Below, one piece after another: positions 48,818-57,843 of a DNA stretch of 64,000 nt. The notes beneath the pieces are model-generated. The model saw nothing but the letters and a program-made list of their open reading frames with translations, was not told the origin of the DNA and searched no databases. The stretch is from Myxococcaceae bacterium. GTDB taxonomy: Bacteria; Myxococcota; UBA727; JABDBI01. The stretch lies in the NCBI GenBank assembly GCA_016000045.1, contig JAECQY010000001.1:169194-233193 (forward strand). The letters run 5' to 3'. Position 1 is the first letter of the stretch; the number at the start of each line of letters is the position of its first letter. The position numbers were made by a program, and so were the translations under genes.

Positions 48818-49345
48818 ATGCGTATTTTTGTCTTAGGAACCCTGTTGTTGTCTTGGGTCTTGCAGGCGGAGCAAAAAATTGGAGTCGTAGACCTCGAGAG
48901 AGCAATCAATGAAGTGGAAGAGGGGAAAGAGGCGAAAACCAAGCTCCAAGGCGAATTCAAAAAAAAGCAGGATCTTTTAGATAAAAGACAGAACAAGTTA
49001 AAGAAGCTGCAAGACCAAATTCAAACTCAAGCGATCACACTGACAGAAGAAGCACGGCAACAAAAAGCCATGGAGTTTCAACAAGAAGTCGCGGAGGCAC
49101 AGCAGCTCTACGCAACCATGCAACAAGATATGGTCAAGCGTCAGCAGGAAGTCATGGGCACCATTCTGAAAAAAATGAACCCAATTGTCGAAGATATCGC
49201 CAAAAAAGAGGGCTATACCCTCATTTTAAACAAAAGCGAGGCAACCGTCCTTTATATCCAACCTGGATTGGATCTGACCCATACGGTGACCGAGCGTTAT
49301 AACGGGCTTCATCCTTTATCCGTTTCCAAGCCTAAAAAGAAATGA
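48818..49345 (+). CDS. skp: Periplasmic chaperone Skp/OmpH family
   Basis: Signal peptide plus a coiled coil rich in Lys, Gln and Glu. Confidence 0.7.
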   Translation: MRIFVLGTLLLSWVLQAEQKIGVVDLERAINEVEEGKEAKTKLQGEFKKKQDLLDKRQNKLKKLQDQIQTQAITLTEEARQQKAMEFQQEVAEAQQLYATMQQDMVKRQQEVMGTILKKMNPIVEDIAKKEGYTLILNKSEATVLYIQPGLDLTHTVTERYNGLHPLSVSKPKKK

Positions 49346-50539
49346 AGGCTCTCTCAACAACATCAGCGTGAACGCTTTCGTGAGGAGTAACGCGACTGAA
49401 CAAAAGACAATCAACGCGGTCTGTCTCGGTTGATGATGCTTGATGAGTTCATGACGGGTTGGTTTGCAGAACATGAAAGCGGCCAAGCGAGCGATCGGGG
49501 TCATCGCTAGCACGATCGCTGCGATGGATAAGGCGATGAACCAAATCTTCGATTCTGCGAGAGCTTTCTGGGTGAAAGCCTCGTAGAATGAAAATCCTAC
49601 TGTAAAGGGAAGACCGCCAATGGAACTGAGAATGGACAACCAGGCAAAGGAGATCCACGGGTGCTTTTGTCCTGCTCCTGCCAAATCTTCCCAATTTTTA
49701 TCCGATTGTCGCCGATGTTTCCAGAAATGCAGGCCCATAATGGCTCCTGGGACTGAGAACGCAATTTGCAAGTAGAAGATGGGCAGCATGTGAGGGGCAT
49801 GGAGCGCGGTTAAAATCAATATTCCGCTTTGCGTGGTGAGCAAGAAAGAAACAAGCCGATCGATACGCGTTTGATCCAGAGCCGCAAAAGCAGGTAAGAT
49901 GAGCGATGCAAACCCAAATGCGGTTAATGGAATCGTCAAGCGCGGGTCTGTTTTGTTGGCACAAAGGACTTGCAGCAAAGGCCCTCCCGAGATTAAAGAA
50001 CCCGCAAAAAAGTGGATGCTGGCGAATGAGGGAGCGCCGTCGAGCGTGTCTACGAAGCGCAAGACAAATGGAGAAGCTCCAATCCAAAATAGCGCAGCCA
50101 TCAAGAGGGAAATCTCTAAAAATCCATCGCTTTGCTTCGTGAGTTCTGAAAATTGCAAGGAATAGCCGTGCTGAGTAGCCCAAGCCAGAATGAAAGAGAG
50201 AAAGCAAAACTGAGAAAGCGATAGGAAGCTTAGTTTGATGGCGATTTCAGCAACTCGTTTGCCGTGATTGCGAAAATAAGTGAGCCCGATCCAGGCAATA
50301 TTCAGAACCGAACCCATGCAGGTAAAAGACAAAAGATCGCTGGCTTGGCAAAGCTTAAAGAGTAAGAGCTGCGCCAAACCCAGTAGAAAGTAGGGTTCAA
50401 AGCTCTGAAATTGCGCGTTTCGCAGACTGACGGCTGTCGTTATCAGCGTGAGGATTCCCAAAATGCTCAAAGCGCAGAGCAAGATCGAATGGTTCCATTG
50501 TGAGCTTAAGGTAAAAAATTCGATTAAAAACGATGAGAT
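49316..50539 (-). CDS. Complex-I subunit N/M-like or MnhD-like proton-antiporter membrane subunit
   Basis: Polytopic protein. GLPFTVGFSFYEAF resembles the antiporter family. Start taken at MISSFL, which overlaps the stop of the upstream gene by 1 nt. Confidence 0.45.
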   Translation of the reverse strand: MSSFLIEFFTLSSQWNHSILLCALSILGILTLITTAVSLRNAQFQSFEPYFLLGLAQLLLFKLCQASDLLSFTCMGSVLNIAWIGLTYFRNHGKRVAEIAIKLSFLSLSQFCFLSFILAWATQHGYSLQFSELTKQSDGFLEISLLMAALFWIGASPFVLRFVDTLDGAPSFASIHFFAGSLISGGPLLQVLCANKTDPRLTIPLTAFGFASLILPAFAALDQTRIDRLVSFLLTTQSGILILTALHAPHMLPIFYLQIAFSVPGAIMGLHFWKHRRQSDKNWEDLAGAGQKHPWISFAWLSILSSIGGLPFTVGFSFYEAFTQKALAESKIWFIALSIAAIVLAMTPIARLAAFMFCKPTRHELIKHHQPRQTALIVFCSVALLLTKAFTLMLLREPSFLFRLGNG

Positions 50540-51192
50540 CATAGGAGAAAAGCCAGCGTAAAAAGCAAGATAGCAAGGACGGAGTTGTGAACCAGCGAGA
50601 TCCATTTTCGGGTTGCGAACACGAGCCCCAGGCAAAGATTTAAAAGCGATAGCAGCGTTAAGCAAAGACCTAGAAGCGTTTTACTGGGCTGATGGGTTGT
50701 TAGAATCAGAAAAGCGTAAGCGGGGCTTTGCATCATAAAAAGGTAAACAAATCGCTCTTGCCTACTTTGGGTGGAGAGAGAATGAATGAAGGCCAAGATG
50801 CAAGAAAAGCCAACGAGCCATTGGAGCAATTCGGGGTGAGGGCATGGGGACGGGACTTGCATAAGCCAGGCGAGTCCAACGGGAGTCATGGTTGCGAAAG
50901 TCAAAACTTGAATCGAAGTAGGGCATTCAAAGAGTAAGCTTCGAACGTGCGGAGCTGCCAAAATAAACCACATGCGTGCCAGAGCAGGCAAGAGAATGAT
51001 CCAGTACGCCCATGAAGTACGAGCGAAATAGGCAAAATAGGCACAGAGATCAATCACGAGAAAATAGATGAACGCTTCGTAAGAGATGCTGACTTTGTAG
51101 AGCCCGCCGCGCATGGCAATGACGAAAAGCAAAATACTGATATGCACGAAGGCAAATCCGCAGAGCAAAGAGAAAGGTTCAAGCTCGGACAT
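50539..51192 (-). CDS. Polytopic membrane protein of unknown function (part of the same membrane module)
   Basis: 217 aa; multiple TM segments. Confidence 0.3.
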   Translation of the reverse strand: MSELEPFSLLCGFAFVHISILLFVIAMRGGLYKVSISYEAFIYFLVIDLCAYFAYFARTSWAYWIILLPALARMWFILAAPHVRSLLFECPTSIQVLTFATMTPVGLAWLMQVPSPCPHPELLQWLVGFSCILAFIHSLSTQSRQERFVYLFMMQSPAYAFLILTTHQPSKTLLGLCLTLLSLLNLCLGLVFATRKWISLVHNSVLAILLFTLAFLL

Positions 51193-51337
51193 AGTATAGA
51201 GTCCATAGAACGAAGCTTAGCAGGGCCCAGAAAAGAGATTTTTGAGCATTGGCATCGAAAAAGGGGCGTAGTGCCGCTCGCGCGATCGAAAAGAGCATAT
51301 TCGGGATCGTGATCCAAATCAGGTAAAGAGCGTTCAC

Positions 51338-51598
51338 TCAGTTTCCATATTCCTTGATTTCGTCCATGTGAAGAGTCCCATGATGGCGCCAAAGAAATGT
51401 GATTAAAACTCCAAACAGCGTGATCTGTAAACCGAAGACAATCGACAAGAGCCAGGCGATATCCAGAGCCTTGTTCTCCGTTAAAATGCAAGCGATTCCA
51501 GCAAAAGTAAGCATGAAAGCCAATGCAATTGCGAATAGATTTCTTCGAACCAAGAGCCCAAGCAGGCCTAACAGGATAAGACTGATTTCAACGAACAT
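51338..51598 (-). CDS. NuoK/MnhC-like small membrane subunit
   Basis: LLGLLGLLVRRNLFAIALAFMLTFAGIA is similar to the NuoK/MnhC signature. Confidence 0.45.
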   Translation of the reverse strand: MFVEISLILLGLLGLLVRRNLFAIALAFMLTFAGIACILTENKALDIAWLLSIVFGLQITLFGVLITFLWRHHGTLHMDEIKEYGN

Positions 51599-52007
51599 GG
51601 TGACGTGAGAACAGAAAGGCGACGGTGAAAGTTGCCAAAATAGCTACGGGTAGGATCCAAGTCAGATTGGAGAAAGACGGAACGGAGTAGGTGGGCAGCG
51701 AAGTGCTTGCGAAATCCAGATGCCTCATTTCCCAGGCGGCAAAAAGCAGAGTCAGAGCGCGCAGAAATTTCCCCAGCCGGAACCGTCTTTTTCTGAATCT
51801 CTGAGGGTCATCCGGAATGAGCCAAGACACTCCCAATAGAAAAGCGGCAGGAAAGATCAAAAGTGGTTGTCCAACCAATGGCATGATCAGGAGGATAAAA
51901 GCTACGCTGTAGAGCGAGCTCTTGACGAGGGTTACGAGAAAACTCAGCAAGAGAATCAACCCATGAAGGTCGGGGAATGGTAAATCGGTCATGGCAGGCG
52001 CAATCAT
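51588..52007 (-). CDS. MnhB-like membrane protein
   Basis: 139 aa; TM segments; position upstream of the MnhC-like gene. Confidence 0.3.
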   Translation of the reverse strand: MIAPAMTDLPFPDLHGLILLLSFLVTLVKSSLYSVAFILLIMPLVGQPLLIFPAAFLLGVSWLIPDDPQRFRKRRFRLGKFLRALTLLFAAWEMRHLDFASTSLPTYSVPSFSNLTWILPVAILATFTVAFLFSRHHVR

Positions 52008-52138
52008 AGCTTTAAATTTTCATGTTTCGCAAATCCTATTGGAGACCAGTGGCCAGCAAGGATAGCCCTAACGCATATTCTCGATGAGTCTTGCCTCCAC
52101 CGTAAAGTCTTTTCTCGGTTCCTATCCTGCGGTAGTCA

Positions 52139-54502
52139 TTGCGAATGGCGATTAAGAAAAATCTAAAAACCCAAGCACGGTGCTTTAGGCAAGCAAAGCT
52201 GCTGGTATTCTTAATTTGGGGACAAACCGCTGTTGCTGCCTGGCTTAATCAAAGCCAGGTAACGAATGCCGTGGCGAATCAGGCACTAACCCAGCTTGTT
52301 TCGAACCAGACATTGCCTGCCGCCCAGCAAAAACAATGGTTCTCGACCGGATTGAAGGCCTTGTTTGCCGAGCTAACTCCGGCGATTCAAGCGATGCCAG
52401 ATTATACGGGCCAGTTTGTAGCCAATTGTTCCATTTTCATGAACACTCACATCGAGCAGGTTTTGTGCGAGATCAACTCCACGACTGCTTTGGTGAGACC
52501 CGAGAGTTGCGGACAGAGTTCCTTACTTCCTTTGGAATATGAGCATCAAATTACCGAAAGCGCGATTTTGCTGGTGAGTTTTTACGCTGATTGGACGCGT
52601 AAGACGTCGTTATCCTCCGAATCTTATGCCGTTCGTTTGTTCGATCGGATGCCAACGTGCACCGCGTCTGCGAGCGTTTCAGAGACAGGGCCAATACTCA
52701 GCCAAACCTTGAGCCCTACTGAGTCTACCTCTTTGAATTTTACGATAAGCCCAAGTGCTCCTGTGGTTTGGAACCCCGAGTGGGCAAATTGGCAGATAAC
52801 GACCGGTGTCTATCAAGACAACGCCAATCAAACGGGCCGCTACCTTGAATCGGTTCCAGGAGTTATCACGGATCAAATGACGGGTTTGCAGTGGCAAAAA
52901 GTAGGGAGTGCGCCTGCGGGTAATTGGACGGCTGCGCAGGCCTATTGCGCTAATTTGTTTGAGTCTGGGTTTGGGGATTGGCGTTTGCCCGCGCACGTGG
53001 AACTTCAGACTTTGGTGGATTATACGATGGATTGCGCTGGTCCCAGCGTGGATCTGAATTTTTTCCCAGGCGCTCAAACCAGCAGTTACTATTGGTCCTC
53101 GGACGCTTTACAGGGTTACCCTGGCAGTGCTTGGTGGGTGAGCTACGGTAGTAGTGGTGCCTATTACGCAGGCCTCGTTTGCAGCCAGGGTTATGGTGCT
53201 TGTTCTTCAGTGCCTGCGAGCGGCTTTGCCCGTTGTGTGCGACCCTCGTTGGCAGATCGAGAGATAGATCGTTACACCTTTAATAGCACGCAGGTTCTGG
53301 ACACCGTAACGGGCTTGATTTGGCAGCGAACGGTTTCTGGAACTTATAACTGGGGTGCAGCGCAGGCTTATTGTGCGGGTTTGAATCTGGACGGTTTGAT
53401 CTGGCGTCTTCCGAATGTTAAAGAGTTATCGACGCTTCTGGATGTTCGCATAGCATCTCCGGGTCCGACGATCAATACGACGGCTTTTCCGAGTACACCT
53501 CAGGCTGGGTTTTGGACATCAACGCCTTGTTCGTGTGCGTCTTCATCCGTCGCGTGGCTGGTCGATTTCATCTATGGTTCTGTGTCCTACACTGGCATGG
53601 GCACTTTTGACTATGTTCGTTGTGTGCGCTCTCCTCAGGTTTACAATCCCGAGTGGGCGAATTGGCAAGTGACAACGGGCGTCTATCGAGACAACGCTAA
53701 TCAAACGGGCCGCTACCTTGAATCGGTTCCAGGAGTTATCACGGATCAAATGACGGGTTTGCAGTGGCAGAAAGTAGTGAGTGCGCCTGCTGGCAATTGG
53801 ACGGCTGCGCAAGCCTATTGTGCTAATTTGTTTGAGTCTGGGTTTGGAGACTGGCGCTTGCCCACGCACGTAGAACTTCAGACTTTGGTGGATTATACGA
53901 TCAGTTGCACTGGTCCCAGCGTGGATCAGGATTTTTTCCCAGGTACTCAAACCAGCAGTTACTATTGGTCCTCCGACGCTTTGCAGGGTTACCCTGGAAG
54001 TGCTTGGTGGGTGAGTTACGGCACCGGTGCCTATTACGCGGGCCTTGTTTGCAGCCAGGGCTATGGCGTCGCTTGTCCTTCGGTGCCCGCGAGCGGTTTT
54101 GCCCGTTGTGTGCGACCTTCGTCGGCAGAACGAGAGGAGGATCGTTATGCCTTCAACAGCACCCAGGTGCTGGACACCGTGACGGGCTTAATTTGGCAAC
54201 GGATGGTTTCCGGAACTTACAGCTGGAGTGCAGCGCAGGCTTATTGTACGGGTTTAAATCTGGACGGTTTGAGCTGGCGCCTTCCGAATGTCAAAGAGCT
54301 ATCGACGCTTCTGGATGTTCGCATGGCATCTCCGGGTCCGACGATCAATACGACGGCTTTTCCGAGTACACCGCAGGGCGGCTTTTGGACATCAACGCTT
54401 TATACGTGTTCCTCATCCAACGCCTGGGCGGTCTTTTTCGATAATGGCTACGTCGCCTTCAATGATATGAGCTCTTCTTACTGTGTCCGTTGCGCGCGTT
54501 GA
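52139..54502 (+). CDS. Large secreted protein with shared N-terminal module and four DUF1566 domains in two ~874-bp tandem units; candidate multi-VR DGR target
   Basis: Four WRLP..EL motifs. Units 52763-53636 and 53637-54502 are near-identical except at the tips of domains 2 and 4 (FWTST...VRCVR/VRCAR). Confidence 0.65.
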   Translation: MRMAIKKNLKTQARCFRQAKLLVFLIWGQTAVAAWLNQSQVTNAVANQALTQLVSNQTLPAAQQKQWFSTGLKALFAELTPAIQAMPDYTGQFVANCSIFMNTHIEQVLCEINSTTALVRPESCGQSSLLPLEYEHQITESAILLVSFYADWTRKTSLSSESYAVRLFDRMPTCTASASVSETGPILSQTLSPTESTSLNFTISPSAPVVWNPEWANWQITTGVYQDNANQTGRYLESVPGVITDQMTGLQWQKVGSAPAGNWTAAQAYCANLFESGFGDWRLPAHVELQTLVDYTMDCAGPSVDLNFFPGAQTSSYYWSSDALQGYPGSAWWVSYGSSGAYYAGLVCSQGYGACSSVPASGFARCVRPSLADREIDRYTFNSTQVLDTVTGLIWQRTVSGTYNWGAAQAYCAGLNLDGLIWRLPNVKELSTLLDVRIASPGPTINTTAFPSTPQAGFWTSTPCSCASSSVAWLVDFIYGSVSYTGMGTFDYVRCVRSPQVYNPEWANWQVTTGVYRDNANQTGRYLESVPGVITDQMTGLQWQKVVSAPAGNWTAAQAYCANLFESGFGDWRLPTHVELQTLVDYTISCTGPSVDQDFFPGTQTSSYYWSSDALQGYPGSAWWVSYGTGAYYAGLVCSQGYGVACPSVPASGFARCVRPSSAEREEDRYAFNSTQVLDTVTGLIWQRMVSGTYSWSAAQAYCTGLNLDGLSWRLPNVKELSTLLDVRMASPGPTINTTAFPSTPQGGFWTSTLYTCSSSNAWAVFFDNGYVAFNDMSSSYCVRCAR

Positions 54503-54540
54503 GGATGGGATGTTGATCCTTTGACTTTTGACCTTTTAAT

Positions 54541-54607
54541 AAAGAAAATGGAAGGCAGTAGGGCCCGAAATAGGCACTGGCTCGTTAGCTTCTGGGAAAG
54601 ATACGTT
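54541..54607. repeat. Intergenic repeat family B, copy 1 (~67 nt), downstream of a DUF1566 gene
   Basis: aaagaaaaYggaaggcagYagggYYcgaaataggcWctg...agcttSTgggaaagatacgtt. Second copy at 57570-57636; partial match at 6106-6125. Confidence 0.55.
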
Positions 54608-54807
54608 GCATGAAGTTCTTGAGGAAGACATCGCTGCTGTAGATGTCAAGTCGTTTCTTGGTAAGCGCTGGTCCTTGATGGGAGCGCAATTTCGTGCGAG
54701 TCATAGGATGAAATAGTGGTTGTCGCGTTTAGGGAGAGCACTTAGAGTGTATCGAGAGAATTGCTTCCGATTTGAGCGTTCGTTTGTATCCTTGCCTGCG
54801 TCGGGGT

Positions 54808-54817
54808 GGGGGGGGGG
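54808..54817. repeat. Homopolymeric G10 tract (preceded by GGGGT) ~87 bp upstream of DUF1566 gene 54905
   Basis: Direct read: tcggggtgggggggggg. Candidate slipped-strand phase-variation site in a promoter/5' UTR. Confidence 0.5.
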
Positions 54818-54904
54818 TAAATATAGTCATTTTAACTGTTTCATATTTGAATTTAATAATATATACTTGATTCAACTTCGCCCCCATGAGAAGGGGTGTG
54901 AACG

Positions 54905-57445
54905 ATGAATCGGTATTTGTGCTCCTGGCTGTTATTGCTGTCTTTACCGGTTCAAGCGGGTTTTGTGCTTCGAGAAGGCTTCTCCGAAGTTCTGAGTCAA
55001 CAGTTTTCAAATCTGACGCAGCTTAAGAATCAAACGAGCTCTTTATCCAAAGAGCTTGTGACACAAAATGCCATGAGGGGATTATGGTCTCTCATTGGGC
55101 CTCATCTTCAAGCCTTACCGGGTTGTTGTAAGAAGCCTTTTAGCTCAAATTGCTCTGTGTTTTTCGATGCCGAAATTGATGAGGTTGTGTGTGATGCGCA
55201 ATTTGAAGAGGTTCAAGCAATTTCGACATCTTGCGAAGCCGAGCAACGGTTTCCAGTGGGTTATTTGGCGCAGTTACACAAGAGCAATATTCTCCAGACG
55301 CGCATTGTCGTGGGTCTGGCGCCTGTGCAACATCCGCAGGTGATGTATTGGTTGTATGATAAATTGCCACCGACGCTTTCACAATCTGTGACACAATCAA
55401 ATTCCATGAGTGGCCGCAACACTCAAACCGGCACAGATTCCGCAAGCCCGATGAATAGCACCACGGATTCTGTTGGCCCAACGAGTAGTTTTACAGAGAG
55501 TTTATTGTCGAGCAGGAGCGTGTCGTTTAGCTCAACTGCCACTGAATCATTGACTCCAAGCCATTCGGTTGCAACAGAATCGGCTAATCTGTCGCATTCT
55601 TTGAGTGGGAGCACTGTTCCGTGCACGAGCGAGAGCTTGTCTCATTCTCAAACTTTGAGTTCTACCCAGTACCCATCGTTCAGTTCAAGCCTGAGTCCCA
55701 GTGCTCCCGTGGTTTGGAACCCTGAGTGGGCGGATTGGCAAGTGACAACGGGTGTTTATCGAGATAATGCCAATCAAACGGGCCGCTATTTTGAATCCGT
55801 TCCGGGGGTTATCACGGATCAGATGACGGGTTTGCAGTGGCAAAAGGTAGGGAGTGCATCTGCGGGCAATTGGATTGCTGCCCAGGCCTATTGCACAGAT
55901 TTGTTTGAGTCTGGGTTTGGAGACTGGCGTTTGCCCACGCACGTGGAACTTCAGACCTTGGTGGATTATACGATCAGTTGCGCTGGGCCCAGTGTGGATC
56001 TGGGTTTTTTCCCAGGCACGCAAACCAGCAGTTACTATTGGTCCTCCGACGCTTTGCAGGGTTACCCTGGGAGTGCTTGGTGGGTAAGTTACGGCAGCGG
56101 TGCTTATTACGCGGGTCTCGTTTGCAGTCAGGGCTATAGCGGTTGTTCTTCAGCGCCTGCGAGCGGCTTTGCCCGTTGTGTGCGATCCTCATCGGCGGTT
56201 CGAGAGGTGAATCGTTATGCCTTTAATAGCACCCAGGTACTGGACACGGTGACGGGCTTGATTTGGCAACGAACGGTTTCCGGAACTTACAACTGGGGTG
56301 CGGCGCAAGCTTATTGTGCGGGTTTGAATCTGGATGGTTTGAGCTGGCGCCTTCCGAATGTCAAAGAATTATCGACGCTTCTGGATGTTCGTGTGGCATA
56401 CCCGGGTCCAACGATCAATACGACGGTTTTTCCGAGTACACCGCAGAGCGGCTTTTGGACCTCAACGCCTTATTCGTGTGTGTCTTCATCTAACGCGTGG
56501 TTGGTTGGTTTTGACTGTGGTTACGTCATCTTCAATGGTTTGAGCCCTGCTGGCTATGTTCGTTGTGTGCGCTCTCCTCAGGTTTACAATCCCGAGTGGG
56601 CAAATTGGCAAGTGACAACCGGTGTCTATCAAGACAGCGCCAATCAAACGGGCCGCTACCTTGAATCGGTTCCAGGAGTTATCACGGATCAAATGACGGG
56701 TTTGCAGTGGCAAAAAGTAGAAAGTGCGCCTGCAGGCAATTGGACGGCTGCGCAGGCTTATTGTGCTAATTTGTTTGAGTCTGGGTTTGGAGACTGGCGT
56801 TTGCCCACGCACGTGGAACTTCAGACCTTGGCGGATTATACGATCAGTTGCGCTGGGCCGAGTGTGGATCCGGACTTTTTCCCAGGCACTCAAACCAGCA
56901 GTTACTATTGGTCCTCAGACGCTTTGCAGGGTTACCCTGGCAGTGCCTGGTGGGTGAGTTATGGGAGCGGTGCCTATTACGCAGGCCTCGTTTGCAGCCA
57001 GGGTTATGGTGGTTGTACTTCAGTGCCTGCGAGCGGCTTTACGCGTTGTGTGCGACCCTCGTCGGCGGTTCGAGAGGTAGATCGTTATACCTTTAATAGC
57101 ACACAAGTTCTGGACACCGTAACGGGCTTGATCTGGCAACGAACGGTTTCAGGGAATTACAACTGGGGTGCAGCGCAAGCTTATTGTGCGGGTTTAAACC
57201 TCGACGGTTTGAGCTGGCGTCTTCCCAATGTCAAAGAATTGTCAACGCTTCTGGATGTTCACGTGGCATACCCGGGTCCGACTATCAACACGACGGTTTT
57301 TCCAGGCACGCCTCAGGCCTGGTTTTGGACATCAACGCCTTATTCGTGCGCGTCCCCGTCCGGTGCGTGGGGCGTGGATTTCGGTAATGGCGGCGTCTTC
57401 ACGGTTAGCATCAGCAATACTTACTATGTTCGGTGCGTGCGTTGA
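54905..57445 (+). CDS. Large secreted protein with Ser/Thr-rich linker and four DUF1566 domains in two ~867-bp tandem units; candidate multi-VR DGR target
   Basis: Signal peptide MNRYLCSWLLLLSLPVQAG. Units about 55718-56584 and 56585-57445. Hypervariable tips on domains 2 and 4. Confidence 0.65.
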   Translation: MNRYLCSWLLLLSLPVQAGFVLREGFSEVLSQQFSNLTQLKNQTSSLSKELVTQNAMRGLWSLIGPHLQALPGCCKKPFSSNCSVFFDAEIDEVVCDAQFEEVQAISTSCEAEQRFPVGYLAQLHKSNILQTRIVVGLAPVQHPQVMYWLYDKLPPTLSQSVTQSNSMSGRNTQTGTDSASPMNSTTDSVGPTSSFTESLLSSRSVSFSSTATESLTPSHSVATESANLSHSLSGSTVPCTSESLSHSQTLSSTQYPSFSSSLSPSAPVVWNPEWADWQVTTGVYRDNANQTGRYFESVPGVITDQMTGLQWQKVGSASAGNWIAAQAYCTDLFESGFGDWRLPTHVELQTLVDYTISCAGPSVDLGFFPGTQTSSYYWSSDALQGYPGSAWWVSYGSGAYYAGLVCSQGYSGCSSAPASGFARCVRSSSAVREVNRYAFNSTQVLDTVTGLIWQRTVSGTYNWGAAQAYCAGLNLDGLSWRLPNVKELSTLLDVRVAYPGPTINTTVFPSTPQSGFWTSTPYSCVSSSNAWLVGFDCGYVIFNGLSPAGYVRCVRSPQVYNPEWANWQVTTGVYQDSANQTGRYLESVPGVITDQMTGLQWQKVESAPAGNWTAAQAYCANLFESGFGDWRLPTHVELQTLADYTISCAGPSVDPDFFPGTQTSSYYWSSDALQGYPGSAWWVSYGSGAYYAGLVCSQGYGGCTSVPASGFTRCVRPSSAVREVDRYTFNSTQVLDTVTGLIWQRTVSGNYNWGAAQAYCAGLNLDGLSWRLPNVKELSTLLDVHVAYPGPTINTTVFPGTPQAWFWTSTPYSCASPSGAWGVDFGNGGVFTVSISNTYYVRCVR

Positions 57446-57476
57446 AGACGGGATTTTTACTTTTTATTTTTATAAA

Positions 57477-57570
57477 ATTGGCAATAAGCTCCAAAGTTTA
57501 CGGAAGTAATTGAGAACCCAATTCATGACAGCGCGTCTAAACGCCATAATTTATTTTGACGGGAACCGAA
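57477..57570. repeat. Intergenic repeat family A, copy 2
   Basis: See 12089-12180. Confidence 0.6.
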
Positions 57571-57636
57571 AAGAAAACGGAAGGCAGCAGGGTTCGAAAT
57601 AGGCTCTGAGGCGGCAGCTTGTGGGAAAGATACGTT
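57570..57636. repeat. Intergenic repeat family B, copy 2
   Basis: See 54541-54607. Confidence 0.55.
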
Positions 57637-57843
57637 TAAGTCAGCTTGCCATAGGTCGATAGAGGTGCTGAACCAAACTCACAGCTAGCGGTTCAGGCGA
57701 TGCTATTTTTTAGGGATCTAAGGTCCGTCTCTTCTCAAGTACCCTCAATTGGTCAAAATGAGGTATCAAAAAATCTGTTGTTCTTCTTGGATAACTTGCG
57801 AGTGGATTGGCAATTTTTGCTGTTCAAGGTATAAGAAGGAAAT

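Noticed and set aside
49316-51192. Considered ORFs 49316-50665 and 50539-51192 to be one frameshifted pseudogene
   Set aside because: An in-frame ATG (MISSFL...) at 50539 overlaps the upstream stop by 1 nt. The two-gene reading needs no frameshift.
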